The notes under the pieces are model-generated. The model was given only the letters and a program-made list of their open reading frames with translations, had not been told where the DNA came from and did not search any database. Below, piece by piece: positions 27,517-41,072 of a DNA stretch of 64,000 bases; positions within the stretch are counted from its first letter, which is position 1; every line of letters begins with the position of its first letter. The DNA is from Octopus vulgaris (lineage: Eukaryota), in NCBI GenBank assembly GCA_951406725.2, contig OX597822.1, forward strand, positions 83,080,001-83,144,000, given 5' to 3'. The position numbers and the translations under genes were made by a program.

Positions 27517-27774
27517 GAATGCATGTTTTCTCCGCCAGGATAGATGTTAGGATTTTATACGTGGTGGATAGTTTTTTGGAAGGTTGGTTTCATTATTCTT
27601 TGGGAGTAGGTAAGTAATGCCACTTGCTAACCATTCAGGTGTTTTCTTTGGGTCTCTCATAATTCCATTGAGCAGCTGAACTAGCTTACCGTGTGCGCAC
27701 GGGAGCGATGCGAGCCAGAAATTCGGCACCCTATCTTTACCGGGGATTTCCAATTATGGGCCTTCGTGAGTGCC

Positions 27775-27850
<76 letters not shown>

Positions 27851-27867
27851 CATCATCATCATCATCA

Positions 27868-27948
<81 letters not shown>

Positions 27949-27949
27949 C

Positions 27950-28883
27950 TTCGTAACACAGTGTAGGTAAAAATGCACCAGAGTCTTCAGTCATCTGTCA
28001 AGTCACAACAAGGACCTCAGCCCGATAATACTTTCCTTAAGATGTGCGATGTCTTGCATAAAGCTGCTTTATGCAAGACATCAATCTTGTATGGGATTTC
28101 CAGTTGCCTTAAGAAGTCTTGAAGTTTCAATGGGATTGAGCCGAACGCTCCGATCACCACTGGTATCACTTTTACATTGCCCTCTCGCATTCCATACAGT
28201 CTTGCCATTTCCACTTTCAATTCGGAGTACTTGGTGATTTTTTTCAAACTCTTTACTCACAACAATCATGTCTTTTGATATGGCTACATCAGTGATCTGA
28301 CAGTATTTGTCTCTCTTATTCAATATGACAATATCCAGCCTACGGTGTTCGATTACACGATTCTTAACCAAAACAGTCCAGAAGGGTGGTAGGGACATCG
28401 GCATGAAATTTGGGATTACCAAATTCTCAGTACTTAATATGAAAAGAAGGAAGAAAGCAGCCTGCAGAGGCTTGCAGTTACCATCAGGAGAGACCATGGG
28501 TGAACCCGACGGTAGTGGGTATAGATATTTAGGGATTTTGGAGCTGAATGACATTCTACACAGGGAAATGAAAGTCAAGATCAGCGAGGCGTATCAAAAA
28601 AGGGTGAAGATGCTGTTGAAATCCAACCTGAATGCCAAAAGTTTGATTACTGCAATGAATATCTGGGAAGTTGTGGTGGTCAGATATAGTGCATACATCC
28701 TCAGATGGACTAAGGAGGAAATATCAACAGTGGATAGAAAGACGAGAAAGCCGTTGACGCTGTATGGGGCACTACACCCTAAAGCAAACGTAAACAGACA
28801 GTATATGAAAAGAAAGAATGGTGGCAGAAGACTAATTAGTATAGACCATTGTATAAGATGCAAAAGGAACAACGCTTCCCGCA
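27950..28883. mobile_element. Third Dong/R4-type copy with an inverted 5' segment
   Basis: Minus strand 28017-28365 encodes the EN end (IEHRRLDIV, IPVVIGAFG). Plus strand ~28390-28880 encodes the RT/thumb region (DIGMKFG, YRYLG, HPKANVNR, GGRRLI). Confidence 0.85.
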
Positions 28884-28965
<82 letters not shown>

Positions 28966-28997
28966 TACTTTTAATCTACATGTTTGTTATAATCACC

Positions 28998-29063
28998 GAG
29001 ACACACCCGGCGTCCTAGGGCGTGTGAAGTATAACAGATGCTCTAGGATGCTGGGTGTGTCTC
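28998..29063 (+). repeat. 26-bp-arm hairpin between (TTA)n tracts
   Basis: GAGACACACCCGGCGTCCTAGGGCGT / ATGCTCTAGGATGCTGGGTGTGTCTC. Confidence 0.75.
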
Positions 29064-29130
29064 ATGTTACTATTATTATTCTTGTTATTATTATTATTAT
29101 TGCTATTATTATTATTATTATTATTATTGC

Positions 29131-29192
<62 letters not shown>

Positions 29193-29242
29193 ATTATTAT
29201 TATTATCATTATTGCTATTACTATTATTATTATTGCTATTAC

Positions 29243-29303
<61 letters not shown>

Positions 29304-30049
29304 TCTTAGTACGAAGAAGTTATATAATTTGTTTACTTGAAGTCACTTTATAGATATTGCAGCCAGTGATTATTACCGAAGCTGAGATAAACATCTTTTG
29401 TTTATCGTCTTGTGTGTATCTAAGTGCTTGTTTCTCTAATCCAAAATAAGACGTTACATGATTTCGCCATTCCGGAATCAAATATCGATTAAGAAATCAT
29501 AAGAACCAATAGTGGAAAATTTTAGACGGAAGTTAGTCAATATTCTTATTGTTTAGTCTTACACAAGCCACAATTCAACAAATCAGAGAAAACATCCCAG
29601 CACTGACCATCCCGTCTATTTTTTGTACTGGTATATCTAATACTAGTTCACACAATAATTTCCTTTTAAAATGTCCGTATTGTTTGATTTGATAGGGATT
29701 TGACTGCTATTTTTAGCAAGTCGGTGGTCTTAAGCAGAAGCTCGAAGCTTTGTTCAAATATTTAGCAATAATATTGTGAGGTTAATTCAACAGAACCAAT
29801 CTCTTCCTCTATAAATATTGATTTGCACAAAGCCACATCATTTTGTCCTGATGGAAGAAGGGAATAATCTATTAAATCAACGCCAACGTCGAAAAGACGA
29901 AATAATTATATGAACCTTCCGCTAATAAATCACCCTTCCTCTACAATCTTCGCTTGGTACCTAATCAAAATATGTCAACATTGCAGATGAATTCTTAATG
30001 TTCTGAGTTAAAATTGCGTGTTTTCTTAATTTATACTTTCCTTTACTAT

Positions 30050-30085
30050 TTTTCTGATAAAGGACCAACATCTGAAACGTCAAAA
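30050..30085 (+). ncRNA. Decayed minimal hammerhead-like motif (pLTR relic)
   Basis: TTTT-CTGATAA-AGGACCAACATCT-GAAAC-GTC-AAAA, with a G8A change. Confidence 0.45.
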
Positions 30086-30753
30086 CTTTCGGTTCTTTTT
30101 AAACGCCAAACTAATACAACGAGTTTTTACGTGTCAAATCTGAGTTAATCTTTTCCATCTATTCCATATTTGCTACATACATTTCTAGCATACAGAATAC
30201 TATTTATTGCATTTACGTATATAATATGCGTGTTAAGACGTGTAAATAACGAGTTGAATACATAAAGAAATGAATACAGTAAAGTAAAATAAATATCTGG
30301 TATAAGTGAGGAGATATTGTCTCTTTTGGATGGTAAGTGAGCCGGACCCTTAACAAGTGGGACAAAGGTACAGCGGTATTTCGTCTGTCTTTATGATCTG
30401 AGTTTAAATTCAGCCAAGGTCGACTTTGCTTTTCCTCCTTTCGGGGCCGATAAAGTTAGTACCAGTTGAACACTGGGGTTGCTGTTATCGGTTTGCCACC
30501 TCCACTAGAAAACTGCTGGCCTTGCGCCAAATTTTGAAATCATAATAAATTTTCTCCTTCACTCCATTATCCGTAAATGGAATATAACCGTTCGCGTTGC
30601 TTCCTTCCTTCTTTCCACTCCATATTGTTACCTATTTCTTGATAATTATCTTCTTTCAATGTTTCGAAATATCCTTTCGTGGAATAAATCAATCTGCAGC
30701 CTACAACCAGCCATTTAAATGTACATCTTCATGCACACACACACACACACACA

Positions 30754-30813
<60 letters not shown>

Positions 30814-30879
30814 ATATACATCTATATACATATACACATATATACATCCATATACTTACACATATATATGTATGTATGT

Positions 30880-31026
30880 AGAGCTCCTCACGAAACGTTA
30901 AGTCCTCCTTCTTTCTCTCCTTTCCTGGGCGTCCAATAACACGATACTTGTTCCACGTCTCCCTTGCATATAGTTAATAACACTATACTTGTTCCACGTC
31001 CTCTTTTTGTTCATGTTTGGATTAAC
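30880..31026 (+). mobile_element. Penelope pLTR fragment (same family as 14630 and 52070)
   Basis: GAGCTCC..CGAAACGTTAA..CCAATAACAC..TACTTGTTCCACGTC..CATGTTTGGATTAAC. Confidence 0.65.
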
Positions 31027-31039
31027 TGTATATATATAA

Positions 31040-31557
31040 GCGCCCCAAAGGTCAATCACAAAAAAAGATAGATGGCATGTCAGACCTCGACTACTGGGGT
31101 AGACTAGAAAAGCTGAAACTGTATTCACTCCAACGACGCCGTGAACGCTACATTATCTGTATGATGTAGAAAATATTTCATCAGCACTGTCCGAATAATG
31201 TTGGCATCACCTTCAAAATACATCCAAGGCTTGGACCACGTGCCATCCGTCCACAACAAAAATCTAAATCGCATCTCATAACAACAATACGGCACAACTA
31301 TTTCACCTCAATTGGACCCGCTCTCTTCAACATTACACCAGGGGCACGTCAAAACAGAAACTGACCACACAAAATTCAAGAAGTCTTTGGACAAATTCCT
31401 TCAAACAGTCCCGGACAAACCACCCACACCCGGATATGTCTCCGCAAACAATAACTCTCTGCTCGAATGGGCCTTGGTGCCCAAATCCTGGTGGTGCTAT
31501 TAAGTTAGACATGGCCTGGGCCGATACTGGCCGAAACCTTTCTAAGTTATTCTAAGT

Positions 31558-31560
<3 letters not shown>
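31040..31560 (+). mobile_element. CR1-like LINE 3' fragment
   Basis: Homologous to 11020-11510 (LDYWGRLEKLKLYSLQRRRERY; KFKKSLDKFL). Ends in a stem-loop and a CTAAGTTAT x2 tail. Confidence 0.75.
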
Positions 31561-31597
<37 letters not shown>

Positions 31598-31599
31598 AT

Positions 31600-31650
<51 letters not shown>

Positions 31651-31655
31651 TATAT

Positions 31656-32028
31656 AAAACCACTATTATGCAAATCAAACAAAGAAAGACTTAATCCAAT
31701 ACATAAACTAATTTATATTATTTAGTAATTTAACAATTATTAATATCCACTACGATCGTTTCATGTCTTCTTTTCATCACATCTTTGAGTAGTAGACGTT
31801 CTTCAGGTGGTTTCAAATATTCTTGGCGAATTTAAACTATGAACTAATTTTTATTAATAATTGTTAAATTACTAAATAATATAAATTAGTTTATGTATTG
31901 GATTAAGTCTTTCTTTGTTTGATTTGCATAATAGTGGTTTTGTCTCTAATATGTATAATATAATATTTTACTATAAATTGGATTCAATCCTAAATCTGAT
32001 TTTTCCCTGTAAGTTTGGATTTATTCCC

Positions 32029-32035
<7 letters not shown>
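31656..32035. mobile_element. Fold-back element (90-bp arms) with a hammerhead, in (TA)n
   Basis: 31656-31745 is the reverse complement of 31852-31941. HHR lies in the spacer; 3' extension runs to 32035. Confidence 0.8.
31747..31810 (-). ncRNA. Type I hammerhead ribozyme
   Basis: CCAC-CTGAAGA-ACGTCT...AGACAT-GAAAC-GATC-GTA-GTGG, with palindromic stem III ACGATCGT. Confidence 0.75.
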
Positions 32036-32096
<61 letters not shown>

Positions 32097-32134
32097 GCAT
32101 ATATATGTATAATATATATATGTAAGTCATTATT

Positions 32135-32750
32135 TAGTTTTATTTCAAGATTACTTGCCGATACAGAAAGAGTCGATTTCTAACCTAGATCCAAAGCTCC
32201 TTCATTAGAATTTCAACATCAACAGGGTATATTTGTATGTATATATATATATGTGCAGAATTGTGTGATTAGTTTTATGCATGTCGTTTTTCAGCTTTAT
32301 TTCAAGATTTCTTGCCAATAGAGAAAGAACTGGTTTCTAACCTAGATCCAAGGCTTCTTCATTGGAATTTCAACATCAACAACAGGGTATCTTTGTTTGT
32401 TTGTATGTATGTATGTATGTATGTATGTATGTATGTATGTATGTATGTATGTATGTATGTATGTATGTGTGTGTAGATTTGTATGTTTTATGTATGCATT
32501 CTCATGCATATATTTGCATATCTAGACATGCTCATACATATTTAAATGATAAACTTCTGGAAAGTTTTACAGATTTTTACAGTTCCAGTGATGGATTGGA
32601 TCTCTAGTTTTCGAATTAGCTTTCTCCTTTTTGATTTTCAGAAGCCTAATTTCTCAAGATTAGTATTTTGGCAGTGTGTTACATATCATAGGGCCCCAAT
32701 AACTACAGGTATAAACCTGAACCTATAATCTGGATAGAGTAACTGCATAT
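32135..32750 (-). mobile_element. 3' end of a REL-type non-LTR element with a duplicated terminus
   Basis: Minus strand gives FIPVVIGAL*..KLEIQSITGTVKICKTFQKFII*. A ~90-bp terminal segment repeats at ~32140 and ~32298. Confidence 0.55.
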
Positions 32751-33077
32751 TTATCAATAGTTGAGCGTAGGTGTTCTCATGTATGTATGTATGTATGTAT
32801 GTATGTATGTATGTATGTATGTATGTATGTATGTATGTATGTATGTATGTATGTATGTATGCATGTATATATATATATATATATTAATATAAACAGCAGG
32901 CTGCAATGTTTCATAAAAAGGAGAATCATAATTATCAGTAAATGTGACTAGGGTGTTAAGAAACACCTACATTAAAAGGAAGAGCTAAAATGCTCTAATG
33001 CTGTAGTTAACGCACAGGAATGAACACATATACACTAACAAGGAACTGAATCGTCCGAAAAATGCTGATCGAGAATT

Positions 33078-33126
33078 CTTAATACTGACGTCAGTTTCGG
33101 CAATTTCCGCTGCCTCATCAGTTAAG
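33078..33126 (-). ncRNA. Canonical type I hammerhead ribozyme in a ~285-bp module (32885-33170)
   Basis: CTTAA-CTGATGA-GGCAG-CGGAAA-TTGCC-GAAA-CTGACGTCAG-TA-TTAAG: all three stems and the full core are intact. Confidence 0.9.
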
Positions 33127-33166
33127 CCTGGTCGATCTTCGGCGTTTTCCGGACTCGCTTCTCTAG

Positions 33167-33220
<54 letters not shown>

Positions 33221-33959
33221 ACACATATATATATACGTATGTAACTATATGCAAGGAAGATGTACAGCCAAGCTTGTAAGTAACCTACAAATGTGAGAAT
33301 GTGGGATTGCGTGCACACGTTTGTATGTGTGTATCTCTGTTTCTGTGTGTTTTTGAAAATGTATGTGATGTATGTATCTATTTATACGTACATACATACA
33401 TACGTATATATGCATATATATATATGCACATATATGTGTATATGTATATATATGTATACATATATATATATAGAGAGATACATACATATATAGGGTGATA
33501 ACTACATTCACACACACACGTGTCTGTATGTGTATGTGTGCACAAGTTGTGAGTGCGTGTGCTTGTGTGTGTACGTGTGTGTGTGTTATGTTAGCCTTTA
33601 AAAAATCGTTATTTCTTTCTTGTGAAATGTTTTCGTTTGGGGAATTTGATTTGTTTCATTCTTCTTCTGTTTCGTGTCCTAACGCCATCTTTAGCGTTGA
33701 TGTTTTTAGATATTGTCGCCTTATCATTTGTTTTCAACTGGTGGAAAGAAAAATTTATTTCGCAAACTGAAACTTTTCGTTCTTTCTTTCTTTCTTTTTT
33801 TGTTATTTACACAAAGAAAGTAGTATTGATTAAAAGAATTGAATTGTTACTTCTTTATTTAGAATTTGTTGAAGAAAAATCTCTCTCTGCACTGTTCCAC
33901 CCGGTAATTATCCACTCTGGGAAAGACAAACACGCGACATTGCATTAAACACGAAACAC

Positions 33960-34060
<101 letters not shown>

Positions 34061-34442
34061 TGTTATTTGCACCGAGTATAGCGAGATCAGAAACGGTTAT
34101 ATGCCTATTCATTCTTAATACGTCTGGACAGCTTCGGACGCAAAATATACTGGACGTAGTATTTTGCGTCATAGAAAAATAACTTCTCCATTTTTACGAC
34201 GACGGTGTACAATTGTTTGCTGGTCGGTGTTTATACTCGCCAACCGATAAAGTATCGTTGAGTTCGAAACTTCCTGGACGAGTTAAGATTAAATAATAGC
34301 TCCAGGTTTTGCTGTACTCGGTTGAAATAGCGGTTATTTTTAAATGCTGGAAGATATAAGCTTGGATCAGCCCCAAAATTTGTTCTTTGAAAAAGTATAA
34401 ACAAAGCCAGAGCCTCGGTTTAGGCTCAAAGATCCGGTTGTT

Positions 34443-34486
34443 TCTGGCTGGCGAGGTACACCATGTCGAAACACCGGTGTCCTAGA
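34443..34486 (+). ncRNA. Near-canonical hammerhead (A6G variant)
   Basis: TCTGG-CTGGCGA-GGTA-CACCA-TGTC-GAAAC-ACCGGT-GTC-CTAGA, with palindromic stem III. Confidence 0.6.
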
Positions 34487-34907
34487 ATCTCCCTAGCCAA
34501 TGAACCGAGCGTGCCTTTCGTAACAGTGAAAAGTTATCCTCCTTTGATGCGCACTTGAGCGACCAGCATATTTTGCTCCCGAAACTGATTGGTCGTATTA
34601 AGAATAAACGAAAAGATAAAGAAAGAAAAAAAAGAAATAACAACAATAACAATACTTTCTACTATAGGCACAAGACCTAAAATTTTGTAGGTGGGGGTTA
34701 GTCTGTTACATCGATCTCAGCGTTCAAGTGGAATTTATTTTATCGACCCCGATTGATGAAAAGCAAGTTCGACCTCGATGGAATATGAACCCAGAATGTA
34801 GAGACGGAAGAAATAGTTATACTGATGATAATAATGATATTCTTCTTCTTCTTCTTCTTCTTCTTCTTCTTCTTCTTCTTCTTCTTCTTCTTCTTCTTCT
34901 TCTTCTT

Positions 34908-34938
<31 letters not shown>

Positions 34939-34989
34939 ATAGTAGTATTAGTAGTAGCAGTAGTAGTAGTAATAATAATGATGATGATG

Positions 34990-35077
<88 letters not shown>

Positions 35078-35520
35078 TAATAATAGAGACCCTTGACAAC
35101 GGGTTGTCCGCTCTTACAGAATTAAACGGAGCAAGTGAAATCGAGAGTTCTGAGAAGTAAAATAGAAATAATATTTATAATAACAATAAGGAAAGAAAAC
35201 CAAGGAAAACCAAGAAAACCACGACGACGACGACGACGACGACGACCACCACCACCACCACCACAATATATAAACAGCACCAATGAGGAAAAAATTCCGC
35301 CAAGGAATTAACATTCATACGTGTATAAACACATAGACAGACATATGTATTTAATTCCATACTGAGCAGGACATGCCAAAAGAGTCGGGTGAAGAAGAAA
35401 AAAAGGCAAAACAAAACCGATCTTCTTTTCCTTTGATACATCACACGTTGGCACACGCGAACGCACACAGCGGCGAGCAATACACAGGAATACATAGACA
35501 GACAGACAGACAGACTGATT

Positions 35521-35582
<62 letters not shown>

Positions 35583-36195
35583 CAGATAGTTAGATGGACA
35601 GGCAGAAGACAGATAGATAGATAGATAGATAGATAGATAAATGGATAGACAGATAGACAGACAGACAGACAGACAGATAGATAGACAGATAGATAGACAG
35701 ATAGATAGACAGATAGATATATGGACAGACAGACATAGATAGATAGAGAGATAGATAAACAGATAGATAGATAAATAGACAGACAGATAGATACATACAT
35801 ACATACAACAGACATACATGCATAAATATATAAATACATAGATGCACACACACACACACGGAGAAATGAACACGTACATGCACATACTTTATATGGAATT
35901 TCTCGACACATGACCCATGGTATTCGACATGGAGAAGCAGTCACAGGTTGGCACAACTAATAAGAAAAAACAATTTCATTTACATAAGTACATATGCAGA
36001 CACATACACAGACACGTAAAGTAAATTATACATAATACATACATATGCACGCATTTCATAGACATAAACAAATGTAGGAATGTATCATCTCAGAGACAGT
36101 TGTGTCGTTTAGAATATTCACATATTATCACACACACACGCACACAATTATATAGATACATTTAAAACATATATATTTATATACATATACATATA

Positions 36196-36238
<43 letters not shown>

Positions 36239-36302
36239 GTATATATATGCATATATATATATGTATATATATACATACATATATATATATGTATATATAT
36301 GC

Positions 36303-36348
<46 letters not shown>

Positions 36349-36420
36349 TCAAAACACACACATACACATATATATATAGACTCATTCAAAACACGCACAT
36401 ACACACAATACGATATATAT

Positions 36421-36535
<115 letters not shown>

Positions 36536-36946
36536 CATATATGTGTATGTGTATTTATATGTATTTGTGTATATATATGTACACACACACATCAACCGGT
36601 AGACACATACTTATATATGCACACATACTACCATACACGTTCTTATAAAAACGCATTTCAGTCTACGAATAAATACTTACACAGCAGCAGACCTCGATCT
36701 GCAGATATCGCAACGTATATGTAATAGTAAGAACACGAACACACGCAGCTGCAGCTACATACATGCAAGCATACCATACATACATACATACATACATACA
36801 TACATACATACATACATACACACATTCTAAAACAATGGAAATATCACAGAAAAAGAAACCTAAGAAGAAAAGAAACGAAAAAGAAACGGAGGAAGAAGAG
36901 ACGAGGAATAATATTGATGATGATGATATTGATAATAATAATAATG

Positions 36947-37006
<60 letters not shown>

Positions 37007-37492
37007 GGAAAATGTTGAAATACAAGAATACACACATATGTAAAATGGAAAACGTATGAATGTTAAATAAAAAGAAGTACATATACAAATGTAGAATAAA
37101 AAGAATAAAATTCGGTACAAATATTTATAAAGAAATACCATTAAGTATAAGAAATAAATCTACAGAATTGGAAAAGGAAACATTAAAACTGAATAAAAAT
37201 CAAAGAGAACATCAAGAAACAGACAGGTGGAGAAAACACGATGTTTTTGTTATGAAGATTTTATCTTATATGAGAATATTTCCCCCTCTAATTTACCATG
37301 AAGAAGATTAAAAGATATTTGTTTTGTTGAAATAACGGCTTGTTCCCAATTGAGACACCCATCAGAGCTAATACAGAAGATTGAAATATCTATACACTGG
37401 GTTGAAACAATATTGCTAATAATAGGGTAGGTTTTACATATATACATTACGGTACAGACGAAGTAATGCCTGTGTGCGTGCGTGTGTGTGTG

Positions 37493-37633
<141 letters not shown>

Positions 37634-37762
37634 GTTATAGTTTACGAATTTCACATCAGTGGAACAAGAGCCGTCTAACAGAGAAATAGTATTCTTTCGT
37701 TGGAATTTAGACATTATTGGGGTTGTTGAATATGTATGTATACATGCATGTATGTCTACAGC

Positions 37763-38340
37763 CGCAGGTGTGGCTGTATGGTAAGAAGTTTGCTTCCCAA
37801 CCACTTGGTGCCAGGTTCAGTTCCACTGCGTAGCATCCTGAACATGTGCTTCTATTAAAACCTTGGGACGACTGAGGCCTTGTGAGTGGATTTGGGAGAC
37901 AGAAACTGAAAGAAGGCGGAGAGCTGGCAGAAACCTTAGCACGCCGGGCGAAATGCGTAGCCGTATTTCGTTTGTCGTTATGTTCTGAGTTCAAATTCCG
38001 CCGAGGTCGACTTTGCTTTTCATTCTTTCGGGGTCGATAAATTAAGTACCAGTTACGCACTGGAGTCGATGTAATCGACTTCATCCCTTTGTCTGTCCTT
38101 GTTTGTCCCCTCTATGTTTAACCCCTTATGGGCAATAAAGAAATGAGAAACGGAAAGAAGCTCGTATATATATATACACACACACACACACATATATATT
38201 TATTTATTTATACATATATATATGTTTACGTCCCCACGACTTAGCAGTTCAGCACAAATGACGGATAGAATAAGTAGCACACTTAAAAATATGTAGTGGG
38301 GTCCATTTGTTTGATTAAAATTCTTCCAGGCGGTGTTTAG
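37763..38340 (+). mobile_element. SINE family A nested in SINE family B
   Basis: B head at 37763, A copy at ~37915-38145 flanked by GAAACTGAAAGAAG / GAAACGGAAAGAAG (TSD-like), then the B 3' half resumes. Confidence 0.7.
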
Positions 38341-40792
38341 GTTTTTTTTTATGTTAGGTTTTTGAGGTTTTTGTTTTTTATTATTCTTCCCAGAAGGATG
38401 GAGCTATTTTGGGAAGTGTAATGTTTTTCGAAGAATTCTGTCTCCAATTAAAAAATGTCGCTCTTCTTATTTTGATGTTGTTGCTCGATGCGTTGTTTTT
38501 GATGTTGTTTAGAAGAATCTCTGTGTGAACAAACACAACACTCAGTAACTTTCGGATGATCTTCAGCAAATTTTCTAATCTTTTTTCTTCAAAGATAAAA
38601 ACCTATCATTATGACGATCAATACAGACATGGCTATATATATACGTATGGATGTATATAAATATGTGTGTATATACGTAAGTATGTATCGGTGTATATGT
38701 GTAAATAGGTATCCATGTAAGTATTTAGGGATATCTGTATGTAAATATGTATGTGTGTCTGTAAATATATATGGATGTATATATGTAAGTATGTAAGTAT
38801 GTATGCATGTATGTATGTTTGTACGTATGTACATATGGATGTATATAAACATGTTTGTATATATGTATATATCGATGTATATGTGTAGATATGTATCTGT
38901 ATAAGTATTTAAGGATGTCTGTATGTAAATATGTGTATCTGTAAATATGTATGGATGTATATATGTAAATATGTAAGTATGTAAGTATGTATGGATGTAT
39001 ATAAACATGTATGTATATATGTAAGTATGTATCGATGTATATATGTAAATATCTATCTATATAAGTATTTAGGGATGTCTGTATGTAAATATGTATGTGT
39101 ATCTGTAAATACGTATGAATGTATATATGTAAATATGTAAATATGTATGTATGCATGTATGCATGTATGTATAGCTATCTTTATTGACTTAAACTTTTGT
39201 TTCTAACGAAAGATGATTTTTAAGAAAGAGACAAAGATCTAACATCGAATTTAGATATCAACAACAGTGAAGATTTTCCTTTTGAACTTCAGAAAAGTTT
39301 TGCATATTTTAATCGCTCTTTTTATAGACTGAATTTGAAAAATAAGAGTTAGATACTTTCTTAACCTAAAATACCCAGTTTATCGTGACATGACAAAGTT
39401 CACAAATGATTATGGACACAAAATTCAGTTTATAAGTTTGAAAGAAAAGATGTAGGTTTCGATGAAGTTTACAATAGATGTTCGCTTTCCTTTTAATTTC
39501 TAAGCATATTATCACAACCTAAGAGATCCTGGCTTTTCTTTAAGAGTTAATGTTCCACGTATTCTGTCTTATAACGATACCTTATAATATGCATTGCTTT
39601 ATATCGTTTGTAAGGAGGGAAAAACACATATTCGCCTCAGAAATGGATAATCACGTTCTCTCTTCAATATCCAAGAATAAAAGCGTAATCTGCTTTGATT
39701 CATTTGCATTGTCTCCTTATTCTTGTTCTCTTCTTTGTATTTTGATATAAAAGATAAGGAAACCATATTTCGACATTTCACGGCTTCATCACAATAAAAA
39801 CGAAAGAAAAATTATTAGTTTTCGAAATAATAATTCTTGGTCTAAATTTTAGTCACACATTTTAGTCTTTCTCTCTTTCTCTCACTTTAACTTTCTTCCT
39901 TTTAGTCTGCCTGCCTCTCTCTCTCTCTCTCTCTCTCTCCTCTCTTTCTCTCTGTAGGTATATAAATATAATATGACTCACACACATACACATAGATGCA
40001 TGCATATACATGCATGTATATGCATATATCCATCCATCTATCTATCCATCCACTCATCCATCCATCCATCAACCCACCCACCCATCCATCCATCCATCCA
40101 TCCACCCATCCATTCATCCATCCACCTATCCATCCACCCATCCAAAATTCATCCAAAATCCATCCATCCATCCATCCACGCACACATGTATGTAAAAATC
40201 AGTGTTGATTTACCAGAAACGACAAGTTACAGGACACAATACAAACATCAAGTGTTCGTTAATACCTTACAACTGAAAGTCTCTGATTTCGAATACTCGG
40301 AGCTGCTCGTTTCATTCAAAATGAGGTCTAAATTTCTTTGAAAAGCATACACGCAGGTTTGATTGTCTGTAGGCGCAGGCATGGCTAAAGCCGTGTTTGA
40401 GCAATGCCATAAGATTGAATTTGCTGACGGAAAACTGTGTGGAAGCACATGCATATATACATACATAAATGTACATACCTACATATATATGCACATATCC
40501 ATGCATATATGGGTACGGGACATATAAGAAAAAACGGAGACACAATGAGAAATGAAAACATAAAAACATAGAAAACGAACTTTTTTCGAACAACGACAAA
40601 AAACAGAGAAACGAGACAGGCAACAAAGAACATTCCCCTTCATCAGTTGTCCCCTGTTTCATCTACTCCGCGTTTCGAAGATATATATATATATATATAT
40701 ATATATTAAGCACACACACACACATATTATATAAATATAATATATATATATATATATATATAATAAAAAAAAAACACAGGCACACATATATA

Positions 40793-40990
40793 AAGGGGAG
40801 AATTCACAAAAAAGCAACAACAAAAGACGAAGACAGGTGGTGTAGACAGCAAACATGTATTAGTATAACGCTCGGGAAGTGAAGAAGTCTTTAACGTTTC
40901 GAGTCTACGTTCTTCCACAGAAAGGAACACAGAAAAAAACAGGGAGAGAAAATAAAGAATGTGTAGTGGCTAGCGATCTATCATGGCGAA
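40793..40990 (-). mobile_element. Second pLTR-like family with a variant hammerhead motif (copy at 53526-53708)
   Basis: Both copies share GGGGAGAATTCAC..GAAGACAGGTGGTGTAGA..AACGCTCGGGAAGTG..TAACGTTTCGAG. Minus strand reads CTGTGGA/CAGCGGA-AGAGCGTAGGCTC-GAAAC-GTT-AAA. Confidence 0.6.
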
Positions 40991-40994
40991 TACA

Positions 40995-41072
40995 CAGGTC
41001 GTCGTCGACTTAGGATCAATATTGGTTCCGACTGACTGGTCATAAGTCGATTTGGTCGTAAGTCGGCCTGTA
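40995..41072. mobile_element. Possible Tigger/pogo-type MITE relic
   Basis: CAGGTCG..CGACTTAGGATCAA ... TTGGTCGTAAGTCGGCCTG imperfect terminal inverted repeats. Confidence 0.4.

Noticed and set aside
38340-38600. Possible host exon
   Set aside because: No recognisable protein motif and no supportable splice pair.
40590-40680. Minus strand GAAACAGGGGACAA-CTGATGA-AGGGG as another rearranged hammerhead
   Set aside because: No convincing stem II or correctly spaced cleavage strand could be formed by eye; it may be a truncated repeat end.
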